From Utricularia gibba (taxonomy: Eukaryota; Plantae; Magnoliophyta): 64,000 nucleotides of DNA. The stretch's first letter is position 1. Each line of letters opens with the position of its first letter. This document shows, piece by piece, positions 24,665 to 38,950 of the stretch. The position numbers and the translations under genes were made by a program. The notes beneath the pieces were generated by a model. The model did no database searches and was not told where the DNA came from. It saw only the letters and a program-made list of their open reading frames with translations. The DNA lies in contig NEEC01000012.1 in NCBI GenBank assembly GCA_002189035.1, positions 868,001 to 932,000 of the forward strand. Direction: 5' to 3'.

Positions 24665-26459
24665 GTGTGCATATTTGTATGTTATATGGGAAAGTTTGTA
24701 GATTTACAACTAATATAATTTGCAGAGGGTGTATTTATAAATAACCCACATATACCACATAGATCACAAATATCTTAAATTACATTTAATACAGAGAGGC
24801 ATCCATCTCAAGGTTTCTTGTCATGCACCATGCTCAGCATTGAAAAAATGAACTAATGTTTCCAAGGAGATTTCCTCTAACCCAAAGGCTATACCAACCA
24901 GTATTCAAGTAGTCTTCATGGGACTAGTGTTGCGGGAAACAAATTTAATCAGTGTTCCGGAATATTTATGTGGATTATTTTTACTTCTGAAATAACAAAA
25001 ATAAATTATATAAGAAACACCATCTATTTTAATTTTTCGTTATAGTATAAATATTTTTTAAATTGTATTATATGAACAGTAAAAATTAAAAGTAACTAAA
25101 TCCCTACTTTTCACTTTAATTCTACTTCTTCTGAAATTTCCCAAAATATTTCCCTCACAAAACCAGCTATTGTTTCTTGTAAGCGATGGCAAGCTGGTGG
25201 TAATTTTTATAATCGACAATTAACCAAAGGTACTGTCTGTAAGGGAATGTTATAGCCTGTTCACTTCTCCATTTGTTTGTCACTCCGTCATGTGTCGAGG
25301 GATTTTTTTTCACTTGTTTATATGTTTCATTTTATCATGTGGGTTTTATGATTACTCCACTAGAAAAGTAACTGGTGTTATCAACTAGCAATTAGTCATT
25401 AGAGAGTAATGAGCCTCACCTTAAGTTTACATGTTTGACTAGCAATCATTGGACTGGTTAAAAAATCAAAAGCATTATCACATGGAATACTTCTAATTTC
25501 TAGATATATTTCTAGATTTATTTACACATTTTTGTGGAACACTTTTGATTTTTATAAATTATTTCTACTTTTATTTTCTATTTTTCAAGAAGTAGAAATA
25601 GTCCACAGAAATATTCTGGAACAATTCTTTAGGCTTGAATTCTTGTACCTTTAAAGCTAAAATGTGTTGGGCTTCAGTTTCACTTCAAGTTGAATAAAAT
25701 ATCATATAAATTCAAAAAGCAACCTTTATATTTAAAAGATCAAATGAGCGTGAATACACAAAAGTAATAAAAAGATTGACAAAAAAAAGTAATAAAAATG
25801 TGAAGTATAAATTGAGCAAGAACAATCCAAAGGGATGGTTTGGTTTGGTTTGGTTTGTATTTGGAACCTAATTCAAGTTCACCTTAATCCACATTTAAAT
25901 ATTTAAAAGATAGTTCATTGATATAATTTATTGGAATTTAAAATCATAAAACTTTTTGATATATGGATGGAAAATAATGAATTTAATAATTTTTTTCCTA
26001 TAAAATTACGAAATTATCATCTTTATGTAGTTACAAAAATTAAGTAATTTCTAACCATTTTTAATTTTACTGGTGCTGCCACCTACCCTCACATTTCGTC
26101 TTCTTCCTTTGGTGGAGTTTTTAGTACGTAGCAAATCTGGTGAATCATGGTTTCCCCTTGTGTTGTGACACTAGTTTAGCACATTTATTTGTTGTGTTAT
26201 GTCACACGATAAGGAGCCTTGTCATTGTCCGGTAAGGACCTTCTCCTTGTCTGTTGTGACAATGTATACAATGTTATTTTTGTAAAGTTTCATTTTTCAC
26301 TCCATACTATTGGCGACGAATCTGCCAACAAAATGAAGCGATTTTGAAAACTTAAACAGGAAAAGGACCTACTATAAGCTATGGATCAGATTGTGCAAGA
26401 ATGACTTCAGAGGTGAGTATTATCAAGCTTTGCAATCGACATGTTTAAAACTATGCCTA

Positions 26460-26860
26460 ATTTTCTTATGAACTTTCCATCCAGGTCTGACACCAATTTT
26501 AATGAATTGATAAATATGATGGATGTCTATGATGAGGATTGGGAAGAAATTGATGCAGTGGGAATGTGCATGTATTGCAGCATATTCCCAATTTTCTTGA
26601 ATTAAAGTATAAACCATGTACATATTACCTTGAGTGGAGGGAGATTTTTAGTAAAGAACGAGTTATCAAAAATAATTCTATCAGCTTTGAGGTTCATGAA
26701 AGAGGTTACATAACTTGTGGACGTACCATCAATTCAAATGGACTATCCTACTAAACCCAAGACATGAATTTCTCCTATGATGATGCATTCGGAGCCGAAA
26801 CCCAGAGTCATAGATTAATAACTCATAAACAAGGTATGAGGAAAGCGGTCAAGGAAACTC
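26460..26860 (+). mobile_element. Possible degenerate PIF/Harbinger transposase N-terminal fragment
   Basis: Frame-hopping translation gives DEDWEEIDAVG, LKYKPC, LSGG and LRFMKEV, resembling the N-terminal region of plant Harbinger transposases. No DDE core. Confidence 0.3.
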
Positions 26861-28223
26861 GTGAGTTACTCTTAGTTCATTTGATCCATTTATCTTTTAA
26901 TTATATTCATATATGAATAAATAATAATTATTATTATAATTAAAAATTATATTTTATTAATCAATACCAAACATTAAATCAATTTTCTTAATCTTATATT
27001 TAAATTTTCCATTTTTTTCTTTTTCATATCACATCGATATTAATAAATATAATGAATGAATTAATCATAGAATATTTTTTCATTATTTTATAATTATTCA
27101 TTAAGAAAAGGGATCTGGATATTGTTTTTTATTTTAGCATTTTTTTTAAAAAACATTTTGGATCTCTTTATTTTTTTATTGCAGAAATGATCATTTTTCT
27201 TCACCTAAAATATCATTCATCTTCTAATAGTGTTTTCCAATAGAGTCGCCATCATGGTTAACTAATTTAACTACTCTTTGAGATCAATTTTTGTCCCCTT
27301 TTTTTAATGGGCTTTTACCCCCTTTTTCCACTTGTTTTTGCATCCATAAGAGATTGAAAATAGTACACGGACGAGTAAGTCTAGAAATTTTAATACAATA
27401 TATTCATACATTTAATATCTATTCAAAATAACATACAAATGATTAACTCTAGTTGGCAAACTCGAAAATTTAAACTGGTTTTTCTATTGCAAGCTACCCA
27501 TAGCATCACTTGGAGGGTAAATTGGTTTTTCCATCTCCTTTTTTCCTTTTCAAACAGCTCTTAAGATTTGAAAGTGTAACATAGTTGTTGCTACCCTTCA
27601 CAATAACTGACGCATTAACAGCAATTGTGTTTTCAGAAACTTGAAATGTCATTGTAGGTTGTTGAACCTGACTTGTTGAAACCTGACACAAGGAATTAAT
27701 TATTACTTCACAACTTGATATAAAAGCATTATCAACAAAGTATTATACCTTAGATACTAATATATGACTCGATGTTAGTGACATTGCTGCAAGTTGATGT
27801 TTTGGTACAATAGATTTTTCCTTCAATACCTAATCTAAATGACACATAACCATGACATTCAAATGAGCAAAAAACATTTTTAAGATACATTCCATATATC
27901 AAACACTGAACACATAATCATCAGCCAAATTACCACATCATAAAAAGGTTATCATCATACATATGTATACAATAATGATAGTTGGTTTTTTACCTTTCTT
28001 TTTTTAGGGTTAATATCTTTTTCATTCGAATCTTGTTTCCTTTTCCTCTGTTTTGTAACAGGTAATGATTCTTCACTTCTAACCTCATTTTCATGCTGCT
28101 CTTGGTTGACAGTTCCTTCATCATTCTGTGAACACTAAGGAGGAACACAAGATAAATGGTAACTATGAATATCTAATACCATGATATTATTGTAAATTGT
28201 AATGCAATGCATACCAGAGTTCC

Positions 28224-30690
28224 CTAAGTTGAAGCTATTTTAGAGCTTGATTTTTTCTTACATGTTGCTTTGTTGTGGCCTCTTATGTGACAGATACTAC
28301 ATTGATTTTTTTTCTGAGAAAGCCCTACTAATCTGTATGGATCTTTCACTTTGGCAAGGGGTTCTTCTGGTTGTCTTTTCCTTGCTTTTTTTGGTCTTCT
28401 AGCTCCTCTTTCATAAACTGGTGAGAGTGGGGATGGTAGATTAGCATTATCCCAAAGGTCTGCACTTGGAATTCCTTGAATTCTATGCTGTCGTTGTGCT
28501 ATATATGTTTCCTTCTTGTAGCAATCATCTACATATTCCTCTATCTTCAATCCTCAATCCTTTATGTCATAATCCAGCAATTGCATCTGCACATGAAAGA
28601 GATGCTAAATCCCAGTTTCTGCAGTCACATGTTCTCTTACACAGGTCTACTCTTCGTGTATCATATGGTCCTATCATTTTATACTTCCAATCAGAAATAC
28701 ACAAGGGAATGAGTTCATCAGCAACCTCGTATGCTTTTTCTAGAGTTGCTCTAATTGCTTGTTATTCCGCATAATGAGATGTCTTCTAATCCCCTCAAGC
28801 AATTGAATTATAGGTTTATCCCTCAATTCTAAAAGCATAGCATTATAACTCTCACAAAGATTATTAAGTAGAATATCGCACTTCGCAGTCTTTGTGAAAA
28901 AAGCTCTGCTCCATTGTTGTGGGGGCTTACTCTTTAGCCATGTATGAGCTTCTCTATTAATTCCTTCAAGGTCACTCACGTATCTTTCAAAAATAGTTAA
29001 TCTAGTGGCCTTAGCAACACCCCACAAGCAACTTTTTATTGCTTCTCCCATGTGTCTAGCAAGCTTCATATTACCATGTAGATGTCTTACACAAAACCTA
29101 TGATCCACATGTGGCATGACCTCCTTAAACGCTTCTAATAGCCCTTTCAATTTGTCTGAAATAAACGTCCATCCATCTCCATCACCAATGTGGAAATCTT
29201 GCTTCAACAATTGCAAAAACCATTTCCAAGTTGCCTCATTTTCCTTCTCTATTATTGCAAAAGCTAAAGGATAAAGATTATTATTTGCATCAATTCCCAC
29301 TGCACTAAATAGCTGACCACCGAACTTTCCCTTTAAAAAACATCCATCTACCCCCATAAAATGCCTAAATCCATATTGAAAATTTTGCTTTGTTGCTCCA
29401 TAGCAAATTTACAAGGCAAGAAATCTTCTTTCTACTGATATTAGATGTGGTGTAGTCTTTAAAACAATTGTTGATTCATGATTACTTTTTTGCACTACAT
29501 ATAAGTATTTTCTTAAGTCTGCCCATTGCTCTTTATGACTCCAATCAGCCGCTTGGATAGCTCTATTTCTTGCTCTCTGTGCTTTAGCATGTGATATGGT
29601 GACATTCATCTTCCTACAAACATGTTCTTGAAAATCTTTGAGGCCACACTTTGGATGTTGGGCCATGTATTGTGAAAAATACCAACCGAGCCAACGAGAC
29701 TTCATCCCTTTCAGTGTACGCCTCTGCCACATTGTATATGCTCGGGATTAAATCTTTTCACTATACAACCACTAACACTTTTCCTTTTGGTTACTGTAAT
29801 GAACCAATCACAACCCTTTACCCTACATTTGATCCTTAATCGCTCATTATCGTTTGTTGGAAAGTGGATATCTTTCATTTATCTAAAGGAATAGGTTTGT
29901 ATAGCCAACTTAGTCTCCTCTTTAGAACTAAACCTCAAACCAAGTGTCAGCTTGGGTCTAAATCTATCTGTTTTCGAATTAAACATATTCAATGACTTTT
30001 TTTTGTCTCTTCATCATCTTCATAATCCATGCTTTGCAAATCTTTCTCATCAGCATCATCTTCTTTATCATCAAAAAATACCTTTTCTGAATTAGAAACT
30101 TTGGGCACCAATTGAGATGAGTCATTCTCCATATTTTGACCAACGTTCATATTTTCTTGTTGACTTCCAACAGCAGAGTTTACCATGTTATCAACCATGA
30201 AATCATTTCTTTCCACATTCCCATTGTCAATTGGCATTTTTAATAGTTCCTAAAAAAAATCAGATCCAATCTCAGCTTCATTAGCAGTTTCCCATAGCCT
30301 CAAACAAGTCATCCATACCTATAGATTTACCAACATTTTCAGTTTGCATTATCTAAAAAATGTTTGAACCAAAAGCAACTCCTTTATTAATGTGCTGCTC
30401 AGTCAGATTATCAATCTTAATTGGAGCTGCACCCACATCATGGGCATCCATATGTCTTGTGTCTTCATGAATATTATAAAATTCATTGGTCCAAAATTCT
30501 ATATCACTTGCTACAGAATCTATACTATCATCTTTATTTTCTTTATCAATCACATTTCGTCTAGGAGCCAAAGGTTCAATGGCACAAACATTAATAGTCC
30601 TTGCTTGTCTATGACTGTCACGTCACTATCCTTTCTAAATATCTCATCTACTTATTGTAATTGCATTTCTATACAATCCATATAACAATA
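28224..30690 (-). mobile_element. Mutator-like (MULE/MuDRA-type) transposase pseudogene; TIRs not resolved
   Basis: GVDGCFLKGKFGGQLFSAVGIDANNNLYPLAFAIIEKENEATWKWFL, FISDK.KGL, HRFCVRHL, KCDILLNNLCESYN, a degenerate SWIM near 28570-28640, and zinc knuckle CSICHIRGHNKATC. Confidence 0.92.
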
Positions 30691-31269
30691 TAATAATGCA
30701 AAAATCTGAAACCACAAAAGTATGATATATAAACAACATATTATATGTTCATATCATCAAGTATCATCATGCGTTATGTTCATATGTTAGTTACTACAAC
30801 TCTTTTTGGAAAAAATGTTGGATTTAATGCTCTTTACAAACGTGAATTATTTGTGTTGTGGTGCATTATGAATAAGCGGTCTGTGAACTTAGGCGCAATG
30901 CTTGCTGAACAAATGAATAGAGATTATAGGCGCACTAAAATTCAGCAACTAAGTTTCGGTCATATTGTTATGCATCTTGTTAATACTCTTTGCCCTGAAA
31001 AACTGTCTGAACTTGAATTCTTCCATGTTGAGACTAAGACAGTGCCATTGGATACGTACTCTTTAAAAGTTGCTGGACTAATCAAAGCCTAAGGAAGTGA
31101 GTTTGTTTTTAGATCTTTGGCAGAACTGGAAGGAAAAGTTATCCCAAGGAAGAGGAAGGAAGATACTGCTGTTCCATCAACCTTGACCCCTACTCAAGGA
31201 GGAAAACACTGCTGCTGCCCAAAAATATTGGAGGTGATGAGTGACAAAATTTCAGACCTGATTCGGGTG

Positions 31270-34200
31270 TAAGGGTGGGCATGGGCCAACCCAACCTGTC
31301 GACCCGGCCTAACCCGCTAGTAATGGGCTCACCTGTGGGTCTAACCTGTTATTTATAGGTTATAGGTTGGGCCAAGTAAAATAAATCTCTGACCTGTTGG
31401 GTTTTAACCTGCAGATTCATGGGTCAACCTGTAAATTTTAAATAATATTATTTATTATTATTCAATATATTTTAACAAATAAAAAAATTCATGGATCCCA
31501 ACATAAATACGGTCACGTCATCCAATACAAATCATTTATTAATTAATATATTTAATATTTTTTTATTTATGCAATGATTACATTTTTATTTTCTAATCCA
31601 AAATAATTGAAACCTTCTTTACCCAACTCACGGCGGCACCGACTATTCAATCCCTAGTAATTCATCTGCATAATCCATTCATCGTTGCATCCCTAATTCC
31701 ATTTCTGATATTGACATTGTCGATTCCATTTTCTTGCCAATTGCTTGTTCACTCAATAACCCAAAATCGATATTCCAGAAATTGAGGGGTGAAGGCAAAA
31801 CCGTTGAGAAAGAGATTCTAAAATTCGATCAGGTAAGAAAAGGTAAAATGGCTGCTTCAATTTCATTTCGTGGTCCATTTGTTAGATTCTTATGATCATA
31901 GCTCTGAAAATTTACATGTTGAAATGAATGATGATCATGAGTTAGAGTTTGATAAGAATATGCCAATAGATCTTGTGTCTGAAGACTTAGGTTCCAATTC
32001 ATGCGATGTTTTTAGGTAGTCAATCCAGTAGTAGAAAATCTATTTGGTGGAATCATTTTCATTTGAATGAATTTGTGCCTAATAAAGTAGTTTGCAATTA
32101 CTGTGGAAAAGATTATACTTTTAAAAAGGGTGATGGAAAAAATTGGAGGACTGGAAATATGAAAAGACATATGATAAGATGTCATAAAGATAAAATGGCT
32201 AGGAGTTCAAAACAACCACAACTTAAAATTAGTGGAGGTACACCTTCTCTTTTTACTTTTGATTTGGATAAATTTCATGTTGGTTTTGTTCATTGGTTAA
32301 ATTCAAGAGAGCTGCCTTTTTCTATTGTGGAAGATGAAGAGTTTATTGAATTAATGAAAACTAAAGCTCAACCTACATATAAGGGGTTTTCAAGGAAAAA
32401 AGCTAGAAAGATTACTTTAAATGATTTCAATATTTTACAGAAAAAATTGATTTCCTATTTTAAATCTTTGAGTTCCACTAAGTTTTCATTAACTTGTTAT
32501 AGTTGGACTGGTATAGATAATGAAAATTATAGTGTCATTACATGCTCTTGGATTGATAATGATTGGACTCTGCAGAAAAAAATATTAGCTTTCAGGCATT
32601 GGCCTCTTCCACATTTTGGATCTTCATTGTATAAGGTGATTGTAAGTGTTTGTCGTGAGTATGGAATTTCATCTAGAATTTTGGCAATCTCTATGGATAA
32701 TGCTTCTGCTAATAACATTGTTATATCTCTCTTGAAAACCAACTTCTTACCATTATTAGATGGAATTTTTTTTCATAATAGATGTGCATGTCATATTTTG
32801 AATTTATGTGTTCAAGATGGATTGCATAAAGCTGATTCTATCATTAGACCTTTTCGTGAAATGGTGTCGCATCTTAGGCATTGTGGTGCAAGAATGGATG
32901 AATTGAAGAGCTTATGTTCTGAGCATAATCTTGCATTCAAACGTTTTTCAATTGATTGTAAAACTAGATGGAATTCTACTTATGATATGCTTGCTGCATT
33001 ATTGCCTTATAAAATGCCTTTGATTCAATTTTGTGAAAACCTTGTTGGTTTTAGTGGTGTTATAGATGAATCAACTTGTTCAGTTATTGATACATTTGTT
33101 AATTAGCATGGTGTTTTCTATTCTGCTACTAAATTGTTAAGTGGTTCTTATTATCCAACTACACACTTGATTTTTCAATCACTTGTTCAAATTTCTTATG
33201 TTTTTAGTAAATTTTCAAGGCTGCCCCTTTTGATGAAATAATAGCACAAATGCAAAAAAAAATTTTGAAATATTATCATGAAATTCCTAATTTGTATCTT
33301 GTTGCTACAATTCTTGATCCTAAGTAAAGGAAAAAGGTTTAAAAACTCTTCTTGATGTGTTTGGAAAATGTTTTCTTGAACAAACTGATGTTGTTATTAA
33401 TATTTAAAAAATGGAGTTTGATGCTTTTACGGGTAAAATCGGTATCCGGTGGGAGGCCGATTTAAGGTGATAGGTGCGATCGGGAATGTCACACTTAGTC
33501 GTGTTTTTTACGGTTGGTTCGATTGAAGTAAAAGTGAGCGAAGATTTTTACGTGGAAACCGCCAAAAAGCGAAAAAACCACAGAGCTACCGGAGCTCACC
33601 AGGAAAGATTTCCACAAGATGGAGATGGCGAGGAAGGGAATACAAGTTCAAGAAGCCTCTTTTTTGTGTCCAACCCACTTTTCGTAATAGTTCCTACTAT
33701 ATATAGAAGGGCTCAATCTGACCGAATCCTGACATCTGCAAATGTCGGTTACTTTCTGCATCTGCTATATGATTTCACTTTTTAGATATCGGCCGCCTAC
33801 TATGCCGTAATTCGGCCGCTTTTCAGACTGCGTCATATGACTATACTTGTGAGATTTCTGATAGATATCGGTCCGTCGGTTGGCATTATCCCCTCAGAGT
33901 CCCTTTTCGCAGCTTTTCAGAATCCGATTAACCTTGGCCGACTTTATCCCTCATCAGATGCAATTACTAATATTCAAACTATGTATGATGTGTATCAAGT
34001 TGAATATGGTCTCAGTCCTAATGTGAATGCTAGTGATTCTATGCCTTCTAATTCATGTTCATTTTCTATTAATCCCCTTGCTATAGTTCGTAGTGTGCAC
34101 AGTTCTTCTACACCTTCTTCTCATGGAGAATACATGTTATATAACAACACTCCTATAGTGGAAGGGAGTGATGATGATTCTTTTGATATACTAACTTCGT

Positions 34201-34970
34201 GGAAAAACAATTCTATCAATTTTCCTGTGTTGGCTAGAATGTCCAAAGATATTCTTACTCCTCCAGTGTCAATTGTTCCGTCTAAGAGTGCATTTAGTGC
34301 AAGTGGGAGAACACTAACAAAGAAAAGATTAAAACTAGCTCCTAATACATTGGAAGCTTGTGTATGCCTGAAAATTTGGAATGATGCAAAAAAGATGAAG
34401 AAAAATTATGAATCAAGTTCTGAAGAGGAGTATGAAGATTGAAGTTTTGAAGAAAATGAGGAGTGAAGCTATTCAATGCTAATAATACATTCTAATCTCA
34501 AATGGTAAGAATTTTATTTTATATATTTTTATTTTTATTGAATTTAAATTAATAAGTTGATTTTTCATAGGTATGGATATTTGGATTGATTTGATTTTGT
34601 AATTTGTGTTTTGTAATATGGTATTCCTCCGCCACAAGTGAGGGCAAATTAATAAAATCACAAGGTACCATCCTCGTTTTAATTTATTTCTTACTTTGAA
34701 TTGAAAATATTCTATTTTTCATAATTTAACTAATTTTTATAATTTTTTTTAAAAGCACGATGATCAAAACAGGTTAGACCCACAGGTCGGCCCAACCCGT
34801 ATATACCTATATAATTTTATAAGACCTGCAAGTTGGGTTAGTTGTAATCCAGTGGGTCGATCTGTGTACAGGTCCATTTTGGATTCTAACACACAGGTTC
34901 GACCCGTCAGGTTATAGGACCTGTTGGGCCAAACCCGCAACCTGCGGGGCCTGATCTGTGCCCACCCCTA
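31270..34970 (+). mobile_element. hAT DNA transposon (Ac/Tam3 group) with BED-finger transposase pseudogene (32006-34442)
   Basis: TIRs TAAGGGTGGGCA / TGCCCACCCCTA and perfect 8-bp TSD TTCGGGTG. BED finger (WWNHF...CNYCGK...MKRHMIRCH), ISMDNASAN, HNRCACHILNLCVQDG, DCKTRWNSTYDML, and C-terminal dimerisation domain FPVLARMSKDILTPPVS..SKSAFS.SGR. Confidence 0.96.
33425..33956. mobile_element. Tat-family solo LTR (532 bp) inserted in the hAT transposase
   Basis: 5-bp TSD GATGC (33420-33424 / 33957-33961). Similar to the LTRs at 16159 and 21011 (TAAAATC, GATTTTTACGT.GAAAC, TAATTCGGCC.CTTTT). Begins TT rather than TG. Confidence 0.82.
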
Positions 34971-35519
34971 TTCGGGTGATCACAGAGTTAAAACAGGGAG
35001 TGGCCGACGCCTCCCTGAACAAGTAATCTACTGCTAGAACGATTTAGTATAGTAGGTATTTATTTTTGTTTTGTTTTATTTTCATGTTTAGGATTCTGTT
35101 TACGTCAAGGAATTATATCTATTAGTCTAAGTCTAGACTTAGAGTCATGTTTACTGTAGGTTTTGTTTAGTAGCAGCAAACTGTTTTCGATGCCAAGTGA
35201 TTGAACATTATAGCTGCTAGATGAATTTTGTTGCATGAGTTTTGTAGACCATCTTGATACCCATGAACATGTTTTCATCTTTTTATTTTATGAGAGCATG
35301 TGTATGACTCGAGGAATCTAAGGAGTGTGCTCTAGATTATTTTATATGAATTGTTGAACTTCATGGTCATTGTGGAATAGGTTGCGAACCACGAAAAAAG
35401 AGAGGTAAATAAAGGGTTGAAAAAAAGGGAAGAAGAAAAAAAAAGTTGAGACCCAAGTCCTAAAAAGTAGCACATATCAAAAAAGCATGTGCGGACTCAA
35501 TAGGTAGTGAAAGGGTGAG

Positions 35520-35980
35520 CAGGGATAGACTAATCGGTGATGATATGGAGGACTAACTTAGCCGAAAATATGATGAATGACCTGGATAGACTTAGGTTAT
35601 TTGAAGTTGTGAGTATAGGAACATGGTAAATTAAATTAGGAATTTTGACACCACACCACCTGTAGATTCTTAAGGCACGTTAGTTTTATTCTGAGTTAGA
35701 ACCAGTATCTGTTACCTTAGCAGTAAGACTTGATATTGTTTATTGATCCTTATTACTGAACTTGTTTACCACTGTTGGTGCGAACTTAGACTAAGACTTC
35801 CTATTATCCCGAATTATGCATTTACTAAGACACTTGACAAGCACCATCTCCTTGTAATCGACCTCGACATCCACTATACAAGTTTTCTAAATTTGTATTT
35901 TGTGTAGACTAGGGCTTATAAATTTATTTGATACGGATTTCTATTTTTATTGCAACGATATTAGGAATTTCCGTTTATCA
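35520..35980 (+). mobile_element. Athila-like LTR 3' fragment (family A)
   Basis: Collinear with 23370-23778; ends GGAATTTCCGTTTATCA. Confidence 0.75.
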
Positions 35981-37074
35981 GTATTATTTCTTCAAAATAG
36001 TGGATGTGCACTAGAATTTTGGCATGCTTCTTGGTAAGGTATTCTTTTGTCATTTTGTACTCCTTGCGCAAACTACATAGCCCTACTTTCTTGGAGAGGA
36101 AACCACTTTTATTCTCTTTTCTTTATGAATGACCTGAATGTACCACGATCATGGGCTTGTTCTTGTGTATACTACTAGGTTATTCTACAGGTCTTGCGCA
36201 AAGGGATTGAGGCATTAGGATTTGCCCTTTTTTTATCTCTAATATCCCACCTTGAATCCGTTTAGTAAGCCCCGCTTGGCCTAAAACCCTTTTATTTGGA
36301 TCATCACATCAGAAGCCAAATCCGTTTTTATAATTATAGCCTACTGCAATTTCTCTTGACCCAAGGAAAGAGCATCTGGAGAATAGTTCTGTTCATTTGC
36401 TTGCACAAGCTGTAGAACCAAAATCTTTATTACAAAAGAAGAAAAGTTGAGAGCAATTTTCAACTCAGTGATGAAGCTCTATCTCAACAAATTATGAAGG
36501 GATTTTCAACAGACATTCTATCCAAATGAGAGATCAATTTCAAAAAAAAAAAAAAAGAAGAAAGAAAGAATGAAAAAAAGAGAGAGAGAGAGGAATAAGA
36601 AAGAAAAAAGGCTGAAGTGTTGAAAAAAAGCCACAAAGCTAAAAGAGGAGTTCCTTGGAGTACGAAAATCAAAAGGCATGCATGAAAGAATTGTTTGATG
36701 GATGCTCACTCCTTATTACCCATGAAATGGAGCCTCCAACCGAATTTCCTACCTGTCCCAAGCTCCTGCCGCACTACAACCCGAGAAAAAAACCTCATGA
36801 TTGCGCAAGCTTGCTGAAACTAGTGGATCACATGCACAAGTTTACTGACTCACCTACATTTAGGTATTGAGCGATCATTTTTTCATTTCACCCTCCTTTT
36901 ATGGATTTCTTTTGTTGAGCATATTGAGTGACCTGTGAAGAGTAGCTACATGCAAGGGGAGCTAGTGGATGGTATACTATTGAATAACTCATGAATTTTA
37001 CCAGCCTTACTTCTATTTGCAATTTACTACTTTGGAGGAAAATACCTTAAACAATTGCTTGACAAACAACATCT

Positions 37075-38289
37075 AAGTGTGGGAGAGTTGATAAATGATT
37101 TTGTATCGTTCCAAAACATATTTTTCCATTACTCTTGAGTGTTGTTTTTACTTATCTTAGACTCCACTTTCTCATTATTTTCAATTGATTTTGTATCTTT
37201 CACACTATTTTGATCTTTTTGGAGAGAAAGTGTATTTTTTAGATTTTTAGCGTACTTTTGGATCAATTTGAGGAGAAATCAAGACCCACCAAATTATGGG
37301 CTATATGGGCCTCGAATCTCAGCCCAAGACTCGGTCAAACGATGAAGATTTTTTCCAAGATTCGTGGATAAGATAGAGATATGAGGAAGATCTTCGAATA
37401 TTTCAATAAAAGATTTGGATAGAAGATCTTATCCAAGTTCATCAAATAAGCTCAATACGAAGACTTGGATCTACTATTCTATAAATATCCCATTCTCCCA
37501 ACCATTAGAGATGTCTTTGACCACTTTTTCTTTGTATTTTTCCTATTTTCGTGTTTATTTTCATGATAGAGTTGAGTCTACGCATGTAGGCACTTGCGGC
37601 TGAGGATCTGCGGTGAAGCCTTGCTTGAGCAAGTGCTACATGTGTGACTATTTTACTATGTTTTTCAACATTTAAATTGAAATTTGATTCTGTTTTTCGC
37701 AACGTTTTCTTTACCAACGTGCTGTTTGGTATCACATAACCCGAAGGTAGTGTGAGAAAATCAAAGGTTGGCCTCAAGCACCTAAGGATAAGGGCTCAAT
37801 CGAACACCGTTGTTAAGGCATATTCTGTCTAATCTGTCTGCGAGGTGTGAGGTGTAGGGGTTAGATTTGAGTGTGGGGAAAACATGGGTTATCACAAGAG
37901 GTGAAATGACTCTGGTGGCGTGGTTGATTCCATAATCCCAGAAACAAGAGATAGTGCTATAACGGTCTTGTGCCACAAAACAAGTAGAACTACTTTAGAA
38001 TAACACCCCCCGAGCTTGTGCAAGCAGGTCAGTCTTTAAAGTTTGTACACACACAAAGACGAGTTTTAAGCAAGATGGATCTTAGATCCAATGCCACTTT
38101 TCTTATTATTTTTAAACCCAAATCTTTTTATTGTTTTCAGTCTTTTTGAGTCTTCATTCGAAAAGAAAATTCTAATAATAATTCCGTGTGGATGCGATCT
38201 TATTTTATTACTTCGACGGTTTCTATGCACTTGTAGATTCACGATCACTAGAGTTTATGGATGCCTTGCACTTTTCTTTTTCCACATCA
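37075..38289 (+). mobile_element. Athila-like PPT and 3' LTR (family B; LTR 37089-38289, 1201 bp)
   Basis: AAGTGTGGGAGAGT PPT followed by TGATAAATG; ends TTTTCCACATCA. Homologous to 4406-5352 and 8735-9600. Confidence 0.82.
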
Positions 38290-38399
38290 AGAAAGATAGA
38301 ATAGACCTTATCTAGTGTGAGGCCATTCATCATAATGATCTGATTCTTGATCGACTCTTACTTTTCATTCAATCAACACAAGAACTATGTCAACTATGT

Positions 38400-38950
38400 A
38401 CGATCAAAGAAATTGGAAATAGAAACATAAATAGAACAATTACGACATTTGATATCTGGTGTAACAATTCCCAAATCCATCTATAAACTGCTGAGTTTAG
38501 TGTAATATTCGCAATGGAAAGAGTGCCCTATTTCAAGTGATAAAGATCATGTTGAATCTGATGAAACAAATTACAGTTCAATCTTCCATAGTGATTTTTG
38601 AAAAATCATGCAAGCTCAACGTGCCATTAAAGCTAGAAACTAAACTTTTGGGGATAGAGTTCAATAATCAAGACATTATCATATAATTATTTAGGATCCA
38701 AAGGTTATATTTCAAATATATGGGCGAAGGACAAGAAACTTCACCATCAATGAATCCAAGTTTGTTTTTCGAACCAAGCACTAAACGTATATTTTGCCTC
38801 CATTCAAAGTAATTTAAAGTGGTTAATAGAGAGTTTACCAAAGCAAATCAGGATAATCAGAGCCACTTAGCATCAGTGGATTAGAATAATCAATAAATTG
38901 TCTACCACAGAAAATAGAAGGAATGGATTCAGCAGTGTTGTCATTCATTG
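38400..38950 (-). mobile_element. Ty1/copia gag N-terminal remnant
   Basis: Reverse strand gives SNPLMLSGSDYP / ALVNSLLTTLNYFEWRQNIRLVLGSKNKLGFIDG, with one frameshift. Confidence 0.8.

Larger units (their letters stand above)
30745..35026 (+). mobile_element. Athila-type env-like (extra ORF) remnant, 30745-31269 and 34979-35026, split by the hAT
   Basis: MRYVHMLVTTTLFGK...ELFVLWCIMNKRSVNLGAMLAEQM...LSFGHIVMHL resembles the Athila extra ORF. Followed by a long 3' non-coding region, PPT and LTR. Confidence 0.65.

Noticed and set aside
25830-26975. Possible Tourist/PIF TIR pair (GGGATGGTTTGG ... CCAAACA) around the Harbinger-like fragment
   Set aside because: The match is short and there is no TAA/TTA duplication at both ends.
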